DNA of 51,335 nucleotides from an uncultured Ruminococcus sp. (lineage in GTDB: Bacteria; Bacillota; Clostridia; Oscillospirales; Ruminococcaceae), in NCBI GenBank assembly GCA_902464115.1, contig CABQIF010000001.1:1-51335 (forward strand), written 5' to 3'. Within the stretch, counting starts at the first letter, position 1; each line of letters starts with the position of its first letter. The notes under the pieces are model-generated. The model was given only the letters and a program-made list of their open reading frames with translations. It searched no databases and was not told the DNA's origin. The position numbers and the translations under genes are program-made. Shown in pieces: positions 8,917 through 18,640 of this stretch.

Positions 8917-10371
8917 TTGAATGAATATGCAAAAGAACGCATCCTGCCGAAACTCTCCCAAAATCTTCAGCGAATTCGGGAAATTGCCCACAATAGTTCC
9001 GATTTATTGGTGAATGAATTTGTATTGAGCGGTCTGCCGGCAGCCCTGCTCTGCTGTGAGGGGATGCTTTCCACCAGCACCATTACAGAATTGATTTTAC
9101 GCCCCATTGTCGAGATTCAACTGGAACACCCCACAGCCGAACAGATTTTTCAACACATCCAGAAACACCAACTCTTTTCCACAGACCGTGCAGAGGCTTT
9201 GAACTATCGGGACTTATTCCGCTTTTTAAACTCCGGCTTTGCGGTTTTGGTTTTAGAGGGCTGCCCGAAAGCCTTGGTTTTTGGGGTGCAAGGTTATGAC
9301 AAACGCAGCGTTTCCACGCCCTCTGGTGAAAATAATATTCTTGGGGCAAAAGATGGATTCGTGGAGGTCGTCCGCACCAACATGTCTTTGATTCGCCGCC
9401 GGATGAAGTCACCATTTCTCAAGCTGGAACTTGGCTGTTACGGAGATAAAAGCCAGACAGACCTCTGCATCTGTTATCTGTATGACCGTGTGCCACAGGC
9501 ATTGATCCAGAAAATCAAGCGGCAATTGGGCAGTATGAAACTAGAGTCGATTCTCTCTTCCGGCTATGTTCGCCCGTTCTTGGAAACCAGCCGCCCTTCT
9601 CTCTTCGATACCATCAGCACCACACAGCGTCCAGATGTTTTTTGTGCAAAGCTATTAGAAGGACGAGTTGGGATCCTGATTGACGGCACACCGTTTGCCC
9701 TCATGATTCCAAAACTGTTCAACGAAAGCTTTCAGTCAATGGATGATTACTGTTATAAGCCCTATTATGCAACTTTTATCCGCTGGCTGAAATATGCAGC
9801 GTTTTTGGTTGCCCTGCTGCTGCCAGCTCTGTATGTGGCAATCGCTCTGCATCATCCGGAACTGCTCAACCGCACATTGCTGCTCATACTGGCAGAATCG
9901 GAAGAAACCGCTCCGCTCTCCCTGACAACCGAAGCCATCGGCATTTTATTGGTGTATGAAATCATTCGGGAGGCTGGGCTACGATTGCCGCAAGCAGTCG
10001 GCGGAGCGGTGAGTATCGTTGCCGGCTTAATTGTCGGGGACGCAGCCGTTTCCTCTGGTTTAATCAGTACGCCGATGCTGACGGTCACGGCGATTTCTGT
10101 CATTGCTGGATTCGTCATTCCAGACCTGAATCCGCCAATTAGCATTCTACGGCTAGCATTTGTCCTAGCTGGCGGTATGGGTGGACTGTTCGGTATTAGC
10201 CTGTTGGGAGCAGCGGTTCTCTTTCATATCTGTGCCGCTCAAAATCACGGGTTCCCACTGACTGCCCCCGTTGCACCATTCCGAAAACGTGGCATGCGAG
10301 ATATTTTATACCGTGCAGATTTTCCTGCAATGCAGTCCGGTAATTTTACGGTGGAGGAGTATCATGAATAA
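8917..10371 (+). CDS. spore germination protein, GerA/GerKA subunit
   Basis: GAKDGFVE..TNMSLIRRR, RPD..LLEGRVGILIDGTP and EIIREAGLRLP motifs; TTG start with AAGGAG SD. Confidence 0.93.
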   Translation: MNEYAKERILPKLSQNLQRIREIAHNSSDLLVNEFVLSGLPAALLCCEGMLSTSTITELILRPIVEIQLEHPTAEQIFQHIQKHQLFSTDRAEALNYRDLFRFLNSGFAVLVLEGCPKALVFGVQGYDKRSVSTPSGENNILGAKDGFVEVVRTNMSLIRRRMKSPFLKLELGCYGDKSQTDLCICYLYDRVPQALIQKIKRQLGSMKLESILSSGYVRPFLETSRPSLFDTISTTQRPDVFCAKLLEGRVGILIDGTPFALMIPKLFNESFQSMDDYCYKPYYATFIRWLKYAAFLVALLLPALYVAIALHHPELLNRTLLLILAESEETAPLSLTTEAIGILLVYEIIREAGLRLPQAVGGAVSIVAGLIVGDAAVSSGLISTPMLTVTAISVIAGFVIPDLNPPISILRLAFVLAGGMGGLFGISLLGAAVLFHICAAQNHGFPLTAPVAPFRKRGMRDILYRADFPAMQSGNFTVEEYHE

Positions 10372-11380
10372 ACCAGCCAAACTGCAACCCAGCCAGTTGA
10401 CGATGATTTTAACGCTCTCAGCTGCCTTTTCCGTGATGTGTGCAGCATTTCCGTTTACGTTAGAGCAGCTCCTTGGTACAGCGATTTCCATTGGGCTGCA
10501 AATTTTGCTCTGCATTCCGGCGTTTCTTTTGACTCGCCGAACGGACAGCCTTGCAGCCCATTGCAAGGGACATAAATTCCTTCCGCTGTTCTTTTGCTAT
10601 TATTTACTGCTTGCCGGCGGTCGCTCTGTGGTGCAACTCTGGAATGTCTCCGGCAGTCTTTCCCTGCCGGTACACAACGCCCTACTTGCAGCCGCCCTGA
10701 TTGCTGGAATCTGTTTCTATACGTCTACGCTGGGCATTCAAACACTTGCCCGCAGCAGTACGCTGACATTTGGGATTCTTCTGCTCACCCTGGCAGTCAT
10801 GCTCTGGGGCGGATACCGTTCGATCCACCTGCAAAACCTCGCCTTTTCGCCAGATAGCTGTATCTGGAGCAGTGTCCTACAACATCTCTCCTTAGCAGAT
10901 GAATTGCCCGTTCTGGTATTGCTGCTGGGATTTTTAGAAAAGCAGCCTGTTCGGAGCACATTCCGTTTTTTTGGGTTCTCGTTTGGCATCTGGTTTTTTG
11001 TACTGTTTTTAGGCATTACGATTTTAGGCAGCTTTATGCCACACGCAGCCTACCCGTTTTTCACCATTGCCAGCGTTTCGCAGCCATTCCGCACGCAACG
11101 GGCAGATGCCTTGTATTTGATTGTGTTTGTTTTGCTTTGCATTTTACGGCTGACGCTCTTCACAACGCTATCTGCCCATTTGCTGGGCGAAGCGTTTCCA
11201 AAACTTCGCTTCCGGAACGGCATTTGCCTGTTGATTATTTTGGGGCATGCGGCTGGAATCGGAATCTTAGGGCTTTCGTCCAGCTGGTGGTATATCGTGC
11301 CGATTGTACTATTAACCGTATGCGTTCCGTGGAGTTTACTGCTGCTAGACCCACCTGAATCTGCTCCGCAAAAACAGTAA
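10364..11380 (+). CDS. spore germination protein, B subunit (APC-like membrane protein)
   Basis: about 10 TM helices, YPFF..QRAD motif; follows the A subunit; GGAGG SD before ATG 10364. Confidence 0.75.
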   Translation: MNKPAKLQPSQLTMILTLSAAFSVMCAAFPFTLEQLLGTAISIGLQILLCIPAFLLTRRTDSLAAHCKGHKFLPLFFCYYLLLAGGRSVVQLWNVSGSLSLPVHNALLAAALIAGICFYTSTLGIQTLARSSTLTFGILLLTLAVMLWGGYRSIHLQNLAFSPDSCIWSSVLQHLSLADELPVLVLLLGFLEKQPVRSTFRFFGFSFGIWFFVLFLGITILGSFMPHAAYPFFTIASVSQPFRTQRADALYLIVFVLLCILRLTLFTTLSAHLLGEAFPKLRFRNGICLLIILGHAAGIGILGLSSSWWYIVPIVLLTVCVPWSLLLLDPPESAPQKQ

Positions 11381-11458
11381 TCCACATCATTCCCATCGGA
11401 TTCCACGATTTCCACAATGGCTGTTGAAATCAAATCTCTTAGAAAGGAAACTCCGGCT

Positions 11459-12385
11459 ATGAAAAAATCGCTGCTTTCGCTGTTGCTATGCCTTTCATTC
11501 TGTTGTTCCGGCTGTTCTGCAACGCAAGTCAAAGACCGCCTGTATTTGCAATCCTTGGAACTCTCCAACTATCGTTACCCAACTGTTCAACTGCACGCTT
11601 TCCAATCCGAAGAAGCAGACTGTTCCGGTAGTGGCAGCACACTTTCCGCTGCACTGGAATCCGCAGAAATTCCAGCTGGAAAGTCCCTCTTCTTGGGACA
11701 TTTGGAACTGCTCGCCCTGCAAGAACCGGAATTTTTACAGCAACTTCCAGATATCATGCAGACTTATCGGCTTTCTTCGGGCTGCAAGCTGCTCTATACC
11801 ACTCGCTCGCTTGCAGAAGTCAACACAGAAACCCTGCTGGAAAGCCTGAAACAGGAAGAACAAAACGGACGTATGCCTAAAACAGACTTGCTTTCGATTC
11901 TAAAAGAACGCTGCAATTCCTCCGAAACGGCTCTGCTGCCCTTTCGGATTACCAACGGCTTTTCGATGGTGCTGATGGATTCAGATGGAAGCACACAAAC
12001 GCTCTCCAACGATGCCATTCAAGGGCTGTGCTGGCTGCGTGGCAACAACTATCCGGAACGAGTCAGCTTATCGGCAGATGGTCAGGCAAGCGACTTTCTG
12101 ATTACCAGTGCTTCGACCAGATACACCGCCATCACCGCAAATGGCATTCCCATTGTAACCGTTTCGATTTCCATTCAAGGAAGCGGAAATGCAGTCGCCC
12201 TGCAAGAACGGCTGGAAACTGCCTGTGAAGCTGCCGAACGGGAAACTGTTCAGCAAAATCAAGCGGATGTCATCGAATTGGAAGCCTGCCTGCGGCAGCA
12301 ATGTTATAAGCTATATCAAGAACAGGACTGGAACAGCCTGCTCCGCACCGTACAATTTCAACATGAATTTACGATTCTCCCCTAA
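11459..12385 (+). CDS. spore germination lipoprotein, C subunit
   Basis: MKK + hydrophobic stretch + SGC lipobox, LFLGHLEL motif; third gene of the operon. Confidence 0.75.
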   Translation: MKKSLLSLLLCLSFCCSGCSATQVKDRLYLQSLELSNYRYPTVQLHAFQSEEADCSGSGSTLSAALESAEIPAGKSLFLGHLELLALQEPEFLQQLPDIMQTYRLSSGCKLLYTTRSLAEVNTETLLESLKQEEQNGRMPKTDLLSILKERCNSSETALLPFRITNGFSMVLMDSDGSTQTLSNDAIQGLCWLRGNNYPERVSLSADGQASDFLITSASTRYTAITANGIPIVTVSISIQGSGNAVALQERLETACEAAERETVQQNQADVIELEACLRQQCYKLYQEQDWNSLLRTVQFQHEFTILP

Positions 12386-12388
12386 ACC

Positions 12389-12433
12389 AAAACAGACCGC
12401 CCTGTGTTTTCACACAAAGCGGTCTGCTTTTTT
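12389..12433. terminator. bidirectional terminator
   Basis: CAGACCGC...GCGGTCTG plus T run between convergent genes. Confidence 0.8.
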
Positions 12434-12462
12434 CATAGATTTGGATTACTCCGAGAAAGAAC

Positions 12463-14301
12463 TTACTTGTTCAGTCTTGCTTCGATCTTATCCAGTTCAG
12501 CCATCAGTTCAGCCGGTACCTTGCCGCCCTTTGCTGCGATGTCTTCGGTGTAATATCTCCGCATTTCTGCGATTTCCTTCTTCCACAGGTCGGTATCTAC
12601 ATCGAGAAGCTTGTCCAGAACAGCCGGAGTTACTTCGTCTTCGATACCAGTCAGGTTCAGGTCTTCCTTCTTCGGCAGATAGCCGATTGCAGTTTCAACT
12701 GCATCAACTGTGCCTTCGCAACGCTTGATGATCCAGTCGAGGACTCTCATGTTGTCGCCAAAGCCCGGCCACAGGAAGTTGCCTTCTTCGTCCTGCTTGA
12801 ACCAGTTAACGTTGAAGATCTTCGGAGCCTTGTCGCCCAGGATCTTGCCCATTTCGAGCCAGTGTGCCCAGTAGTCGCCTACATTGTAACCGATGAACGG
12901 CTTCATAGCCATCGGGTCATGACGCAGAACGCCAACTGCACCCGTTGCAGCAGCTGTTGTTTCGGAAGAAACAGCAGAACCCATATAAGTGCCGTGTGTC
13001 CAGTCGAAAGACTGATATACCAGCGGTGTTGTGGAAGCACGACGGCCGCCGAAGATGATAGCAGAAATCGGAACGCCTGCCGGATTGTTGAATTCCGGAG
13101 AGATGCACGGGCAGTTTTCAGCCGGTGCAGTAAATCTGGAGTTCGGATGAGCCAGAGTCTTGTTCTTGCCGGTCTTTTCGTCAATTTCAGAAACGAATTC
13201 CGGACCATTTACCTTAGAACCCTTCCATTCGGTTGCATCAACCGGCGGATTCTTATCCAGCTTTTCCCACCAAACGGTGTTGTCTGCATTGTTCAGAGCA
13301 ACGTTGGTGAAGATGGTGTTCTTGCGTGTGCAAGCCAGTGCGTTCGGGTTGGACTTTTCGTTTGTACCCGGAGCAACGCCGAAGAAACCATTTTCCGGAT
13401 TGATTGCATACAGTCTGCCATCCTTGCCCGGCTTCATCCAAGCAATATCATCACCAACGGTGAATACCTTATAGCCAGCCTTCTGATAGCCTTCCGGCGG
13501 AATCAGCATAGCCAGGTTGGTCTTACCGCAAGCAGACGGGAATGCAGCAGTGATATAAACAGTTTCACCAGACGGCTTCTGAACGCCCAGAATGAGCATG
13601 TGTTCAGCCATCCAGCCTTCATTCTTACCCTGGAAGGAAGCAATACGCAGAGCGAAGCACTTCTTGCCCAGCAGAACATTACCGCCGTAAGCGGAGTTGA
13701 TTGACCAGATTGTGTTTTCTTCCGGGAACTGTACGATATAACGGTTTTCCGGATCAACGTCAGCCTTGGAGTGCAGACCACGAACGAAGTCGTTAGAAAC
13801 ATCGCCCAGGTTTTCAAATGCCTGCTTACCCATTCTGGCCATGATGTTCATGTTCAGAACAACATAGATAGAGTCAGTCAGTTCCACGCCAACCTTTGCG
13901 AGCGGAGAACCGATCGGACCCATAGAATACGGGATTACATACATGGTTCTGCCCTTCATAACGCCGTCATACAGCGGAATGAGCTTTGCCTTCATTTCGT
14001 CCGGAGCCATCCAGTTGTTGGTCGGGCCTGCATCTTCCTTCTTCTTGGAGCAGATGAAAGTTCTGTCTTCCACTCTTGCTACGTCATTCGGCAGCGTTCT
14101 GTGGTACAGACAGCCCGGCAGCTTTTCCGGATTCAGCTTATACATCTTATCCCGGTTGCCTTCCGGCAGAGAAGTAACTTCTTCTGTCAGTGCATCCAGC
14201 TGTTCTTTGGAACCATCGATCCATACGACCTTGTCAGGCTTGGTCAGAGCAACCATTTCTTCAACCCATGCCAGAACATTTTTGTTGTTTGTCAATGCCA
14301 T
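12463..14301 (-). CDS. pckG: phosphoenolpyruvate carboxykinase (GTP)
   Basis: DVARVE, YGGNVLLGKKCFALR, AFPSACGKTNLAM, VGDDIAW, NPENGFFG and HPNSRF motifs. Confidence 0.97.
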   Translation of the reverse strand: MALTNNKNVLAWVEEMVALTKPDKVVWIDGSKEQLDALTEEVTSLPEGNRDKMYKLNPEKLPGCLYHRTLPNDVARVEDRTFICSKKKEDAGPTNNWMAPDEMKAKLIPLYDGVMKGRTMYVIPYSMGPIGSPLAKVGVELTDSIYVVLNMNIMARMGKQAFENLGDVSNDFVRGLHSKADVDPENRYIVQFPEENTIWSINSAYGGNVLLGKKCFALRIASFQGKNEGWMAEHMLILGVQKPSGETVYITAAFPSACGKTNLAMLIPPEGYQKAGYKVFTVGDDIAWMKPGKDGRLYAINPENGFFGVAPGTNEKSNPNALACTRKNTIFTNVALNNADNTVWWEKLDKNPPVDATEWKGSKVNGPEFVSEIDEKTGKNKTLAHPNSRFTAPAENCPCISPEFNNPAGVPISAIIFGGRRASTTPLVYQSFDWTHGTYMGSAVSSETTAAATGAVGVLRHDPMAMKPFIGYNVGDYWAHWLEMGKILGDKAPKIFNVNWFKQDEEGNFLWPGFGDNMRVLDWIIKRCEGTVDAVETAIGYLPKKEDLNLTGIEDEVTPAVLDKLLDVDTDLWKKEIAEMRRYYTEDIAAKGGKVPAELMAELDKIEARLNK

Positions 14302-14373
14302 CGGTAATACCTCCTAATATATCAATCCACCGGTCAAACCGGCGGGGAGAAGAAAAATTTTCTTCTCCCCTTT

Positions 14374-14402
14374 ATTATAATTCCAACGGGAAATCTTGTC
14401 AA
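14374..14402 (-). promoter_or_regulatory. sigma-A promoter for pckG
   Basis: TTGACA-17 nt-TATAAT on the minus strand. Confidence 0.85.
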
Positions 14403-14573
14403 GCGGTTTTCGGGAAATTCCATTTGAAATTCAGTCTTTGTTCATGTTTTGCAAACGACTGTTTGCGTGCGGTGAACAAATTCTGATAAATTGTCGTTTT
14501 GTGATCCCCGCTCTATTATCGTACCCAGAATATCAAATTTTTTGCATATTCAAAAATTGACATGCTTTTCCGT

Positions 14574-15590
14574 TTAAAAAGTTGGCTGTTGCAGTGACAT
14601 CGTTGCATAGGCGTTCAGAGAAGCATCCGCCCGAACGCCAGCTGCATACGCATAAGAGCCAGCACAGGCGATCATTGCCCCATTATCTCCACACAGCGAA
14701 AGTGGCGGTACAAACAACTTACAACCCTGCTTTTCACAGGCAGCTGCCATGGCAGAGCGAACGCCGCTGTTTGCAGAAACACCGCCAGCAACGGCAATGG
14801 TCTGGTAACCCAAATCTTTCGCTGCCTGCATGGTGTGCGTGGTCAGCAATTCAGAAATGGTTTTCTGTACGGATGCTGCCAAGTCAGCTGTCGGAACAGT
14901 CTGCCCCTTTTGGGAGGCATTGTGCAGCAGATTCACAACTGCGGTTTTTAAACCGGAAAAGCTGAAATCATAGGGATTTCCCTCCACTTTCGGACGAGGC
15001 AAATGAAATGCCTCTGGGTTTCCCTCCTGTGCAGCGTGGTCAATGTGAATACCGCCCGGATACGGAAATCCCATCGCACGGGCGGTTTTATCGAAACATT
15101 CACCGGCGGCATCGTCCCGTGTTCTGCCGACAATCCGGAATTTGGTATAAGACAAAACTTCTACAATATGGCTGTGTCCGCCGCTTGCCACCAGACAGAG
15201 ATACGGCGGTTTCAATTCCGGATGGGCAATATAATTCGCTGCGATGTGTCCAGCTAAGTGATGTACGGGAACTAATGGCTTTCCGGTTGCCAGTGCCAAC
15301 CCTTTGGCAAAGTTCACACCAACCAGCAACGCCCCGATCAAACCGGGGGCATAAGTAACCGCAATGCCGTCTAAATCGGCAAGCGTAACCTGTGCATCGT
15401 CCAACGCCTTTTGGACTACAGGCAGGACGTTTTCACAGTGTCGCCGAGAGGCGATCTCCGGCACAACACCACCGTATAGTTTATGTTCATCCACCTGTGA
15501 TGCAACCACATTGGAACGGATTTTGGTGTAATCCTCCGCCACACTGGCAGCTGTTTCATCACAGGAACTTTCGATTCCTAAAATGAGCAT
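14574..15590 (-). CDS. tsaD: tRNA N6-adenosine threonylcarbamoyltransferase
   Basis: LGIESSCDETA, GGVVPEIASRRH, HHLAGH, SGGHS, TRDDAAGE and DNGAMIA motifs. Confidence 0.97.
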   Translation of the reverse strand: MLILGIESSCDETAASVAEDYTKIRSNVVASQVDEHKLYGGVVPEIASRRHCENVLPVVQKALDDAQVTLADLDGIAVTYAPGLIGALLVGVNFAKGLALATGKPLVPVHHLAGHIAANYIAHPELKPPYLCLVASGGHSHIVEVLSYTKFRIVGRTRDDAAGECFDKTARAMGFPYPGGIHIDHAAQEGNPEAFHLPRPKVEGNPYDFSFSGLKTAVVNLLHNASQKGQTVPTADLAASVQKTISELLTTHTMQAAKDLGYQTIAVAGGVSANSGVRSAMAAACEKQGCKLFVPPLSLCGDNGAMIACAGSYAYAAGVRADASLNAYATMSLQQPTF

Positions 15591-15602
15591 AGGTTCTTCT
15601 CC

Positions 15603-17081
15603 TCATCGTTCTGTATAAGAGATTTGATATTCATACAGACGCATTCTTGCATCTGCATGTACTTTTTGCAATAATTGCGGGCTGGGATGATTGACGCAGA
15701 GGATTCCAGATACAGAATGCTTGGAAAATCGTTTGCTCTTCTGAAACCAATCCAAATAAGCAGCGAGCTGTGCATAGGCATCCCCATATCCGCCATCTTT
15801 TTTCAACTCAATCACATATAAGTTTCCGTCAGCATCTTCACAGAACAAATCCAGCCGACCGATTGGAATGATATACTGCCTGCCGTATTCACCCTTCCGC
15901 CGATAAAGATGCAATTGTTTCCCGAACACTGGAAATCCAGCTTCGATGCGAGCGGTCAACTCTTCTTCCAATATCCATTCACTGGAAAACTGTTCTGCTT
16001 TTTCGAGCGGTTTCTTTTGCAGACCGGTTTTGGTTTGCTCTGCTGATTCTGCTGATAAAACAATTGATTGCCGATTCTTTGCCGTTTCTGCCCGCTTGAC
16101 CAGCGATTTAGAAACCGGATATGCTCCGGATTTGATAAAGGAACGTGCGGCTGTTCCATTGCCCATTGCAAGCAGAACCCGTACATAATTATTCGCTGCA
16201 CAGGATAAATCCAGTTCCTTTTCCAGACAAAATTCCAGCAATTCTTTCGCTTCCGCATATCGTTTTTGTCGATAAAAGCTATATGCCAGATTATTATTTG
16301 CAAATGGATAGTCCCATTCCAATTCCAAGCAGTTCCGGTAATAGGCTTCTTCCTGATTCCAGTCTTTTTCTTTCCCATATGCCCAGCCAATTTGAAAATT
16401 GATGCAGGCTTTTGTAAACAAACAGGGCTGTTCTTCGATGGTTTCCAGACAGGCGATTTGATTCTTCCAGCATTTCATCCTGCCATAAGTCATTCCAAGC
16501 AGTTCATGAGCAATCACAGAATCCGAATGGTTCTGCAAAAAGTCAGTCAGCAGCAGACATTTTTCTTCCTCTGTAGCAGTGAAATAATAATCCCGAACCA
16601 GTTCGGCATGTTCAATGACAAGTTGCTCTGCACCGGACTGTTTCAGCTGCAATACAACCATCTGCCAGAATCCAGGAAACGCATCTTTAAACGGAACGAT
16701 ATAAGAATAAACCAGTTCCTGCAAGTCATATGGTTTTTCTTCTGCATCCCGTTTCATCACAGTTCGAACCAGCCGCAAGCTCTTTTCATACTGTCCTTTG
16801 AAAAAACAAGCGACTGCCTGAAAATAAGGATTCCCTAGAATCTTTTCTGTATTCCGGAAAAACAACTGCACCGACTGTTCTTTTAGAAAATTCCCTCTGT
16901 TTTCTGAATACTCCAAATAATCCAGTGTGATCACATCCAATAAAACATTGTTAAACCAAATGCGAATTTGTTCAATATCCGGATGTGCCTGCATGGTATC
17001 CAATTTGTCTGCAACTTCTGTCACCGACATCTCTGCTGGAAATTCTCGCTTTATCAATTCCTGCAACGCTGCTTCTGTCAT
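15603..17081 (-). CDS. TPR-repeat protein with C-terminal PD-(D/E)XK nuclease domain (NucS/EndoMS C-terminal-like)
   Basis: TPR-like helices (AHELLGMTY, NFQIGWAY, ANNNLAYSFY); C-terminal ExxLE..GRQY..GRLDL..D..VIELK..AxxQLxxY; AAGGAG SD before ATG 17081. Confidence 0.75.
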   Translation of the reverse strand: MTEAALQELIKREFPAEMSVTEVADKLDTMQAHPDIEQIRIWFNNVLLDVITLDYLEYSENRGNFLKEQSVQLFFRNTEKILGNPYFQAVACFFKGQYEKSLRLVRTVMKRDAEEKPYDLQELVYSYIVPFKDAFPGFWQMVVLQLKQSGAEQLVIEHAELVRDYYFTATEEEKCLLLTDFLQNHSDSVIAHELLGMTYGRMKCWKNQIACLETIEEQPCLFTKACINFQIGWAYGKEKDWNQEEAYYRNCLELEWDYPFANNNLAYSFYRQKRYAEAKELLEFCLEKELDLSCAANNYVRVLLAMGNGTAARSFIKSGAYPVSKSLVKRAETAKNRQSIVLSAESAEQTKTGLQKKPLEKAEQFSSEWILEEELTARIEAGFPVFGKQLHLYRRKGEYGRQYIIPIGRLDLFCEDADGNLYVIELKKDGGYGDAYAQLAAYLDWFQKSKRFSKHSVSGILCVNHPSPQLLQKVHADARMRLYEYQISYTER

Positions 17082-17098
17082 AGAATCTCCTTTTTTAG

Positions 17099-17539
17099 TC
17101 AAGTATCCATTCGGGTCATTTCTTGCAAGGCGAGATTCCGGTAAGTCAAATCCTCCCGTGCAGAAAACCCCTGCTTTTCCCAGAATGCATTGCCGCTTTG
17201 ATTGCGGGAAAATACCACCAATGCCATCTTTGCAATGCCGATTTTCTGCACAGCTTTTTTTGCTGCCTGTACCAGCTGCGAACCAATGCCTTGCTTTTGC
17301 CGTTCTGGTGCAACTGCGGTATGATAGATGTAGGCTCGTCTGCCGTCACTTCCCACCAAAATCGCCCCAATAACAGCCGTTTCTTCCACGGCAACCAGAC
17401 AGGTTTCCGGATTTCGCTGCAAAAACCGTTCGATTCCGGAACGGGAATCATCGACATCATTCAACCCCATACCCAAACAGGATTTCCACAGGGCAAAAAC
17501 AGCATCATAATCTTCTATCTGCATGGTTCGGATTTGCAT
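17099..17539 (-). CDS. GNAT N-acetyltransferase (YpeA-like)
   Basis: GSDGRRAYIYHTAV, QKQGIG acetyl-CoA motif, N..GNAFWEKQGF. Confidence 0.9.
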   Translation of the reverse strand: MQIRTMQIEDYDAVFALWKSCLGMGLNDVDDSRSGIERFLQRNPETCLVAVEETAVIGAILVGSDGRRAYIYHTAVAPERQKQGIGSQLVQAAKKAVQKIGIAKMALVVFSRNQSGNAFWEKQGFSAREDLTYRNLALQEMTRMDT

Positions 17540-17571
17540 GACACTTCCCTCCTCATTGCATGCTATTTTTC

Positions 17572-17877
17572 TTAATACTCGTAGTCAATGCATGCCCGTG
17601 CTTCCCGAAGCGGCTTGATAAACTGTCCAAAGGCAACATGTGCCGGATGTACCTGATAGGTGTTCAGGTCGTCCATCGTTTCAAAGTCACAAATCAAGGC
17701 AAATTCATAGTTGGTCGGGTCAGCGGACGGGCTGTTCAACCGGACTTCCAGCTTCTTCAGCTGTGGAATCTGTGCCGGCAGCTGTTCTGCCTTTTCCTTT
17801 GCAGCCGCTGCATTTTCCATTGCAGTCTTGCCGTTTGCCTCTGCCTGAAATTTGAACATTACAATATGCTTGATCAT
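17572..17877 (-). CDS. Dabb family (stress-responsive A/B barrel) protein
   Basis: MIKHIVMFKF...YQVHPAH...DYE pattern. Confidence 0.9.
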   Translation of the reverse strand: MIKHIVMFKFQAEANGKTAMENAAAAKEKAEQLPAQIPQLKKLEVRLNSPSADPTNYEFALICDFETMDDLNTYQVHPAHVAFGQFIKPLREARACIDYEY

Positions 17878-17914
17878 AATTATCATCTCATCCTTTTTCA
17901 TAAAATTAACGGGC

Positions 17915-18370
17915 TTACTGGGAAAGTGATTTCCGCAGATAAACCATATCATCTAACAAAACGCCATCTTCTATAATCGGATGGTCATAATGTTCCGAAA
18001 AGAAATGCGGAATTCGACGATATGCCACAAATCCACATTTTTGATAAAACGGGATGGTTTTGGGACTATCTCCCGTTCCAAGAATCAGCCATTTTTCTGT
18101 TCCTGATAACTGCTGTTCTAAGAATTGCAAGAACTTGCGTCCATAACCCTTTCCCTGCTCCGAACTGGCAACTGCCAGATTTTTTACTTCCCATTCTGTT
18201 TCTGAAACTTTTAAGATCACACAAACTGCAATGGGATTGCCTGCTCTTTGCATCACATAAAGTGTTCCCTGCTCCAGATAATGGTCAATCATGGATTCCT
18301 GTTCATCACCAAGCATCAGCAAGGGCAAGTATTGTTTCTTCTGTTCCGAAACTTGTTGTATTTCAATCAA
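17915..18370 (-). CDS. GNAT N-acetyltransferase
   Basis: EVKNLAV..QGKGYG, GTGDS and FYQKCGF motifs; TTG start at 18370 after AGGTG. Confidence 0.88.
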   Translation of the reverse strand: MIEIQQVSEQKKQYLPLLMLGDEQESMIDHYLEQGTLYVMQRAGNPIAVCVILKVSETEWEVKNLAVASSEQGKGYGRKFLQFLEQQLSGTEKWLILGTGDSPKTIPFYQKCGFVAYRRIPHFFSEHYDHPIIEDGVLLDDMVYLRKSLSQ

Positions 18371-18413
18371 TTCAACACCTGCTCTCTGAAAAATAATCGT
18401 TCGGAATACTTTT

Positions 18414-18442
18414 ATTGTAGCGTAGTGTCCGGCATTTGTCAA
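18414..18442 (-). promoter_or_regulatory. sigma-A promoter for the GNAT...tsaD run
   Basis: TTGACA-17 nt-TACAAT. Confidence 0.75.
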
Positions 18443-18640
18443 CCGTCTTTTCATGTCCTCTGCGTTTTGAAAAGAAATATGCGATTTAATTTTACCATAG
18501 ATTTTAAATTTTGTATCGTTTTTTTTTTGAAACAGTGTTATACTGAAACTATACTGGGTGTTTCTGCTGGAAAAAAACAGATACCCCCATCATCAAATCA
18601 GTTTGCTCTGCACGCAAAGCGAACCAATATGGAGGAAATT

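Noticed and set aside
18248..18640. Apparent 131-aa N-terminal extension of PolA
   Set aside because: Overlaps the divergent GNAT gene and promoters; a strong SD marks ATG 18641.
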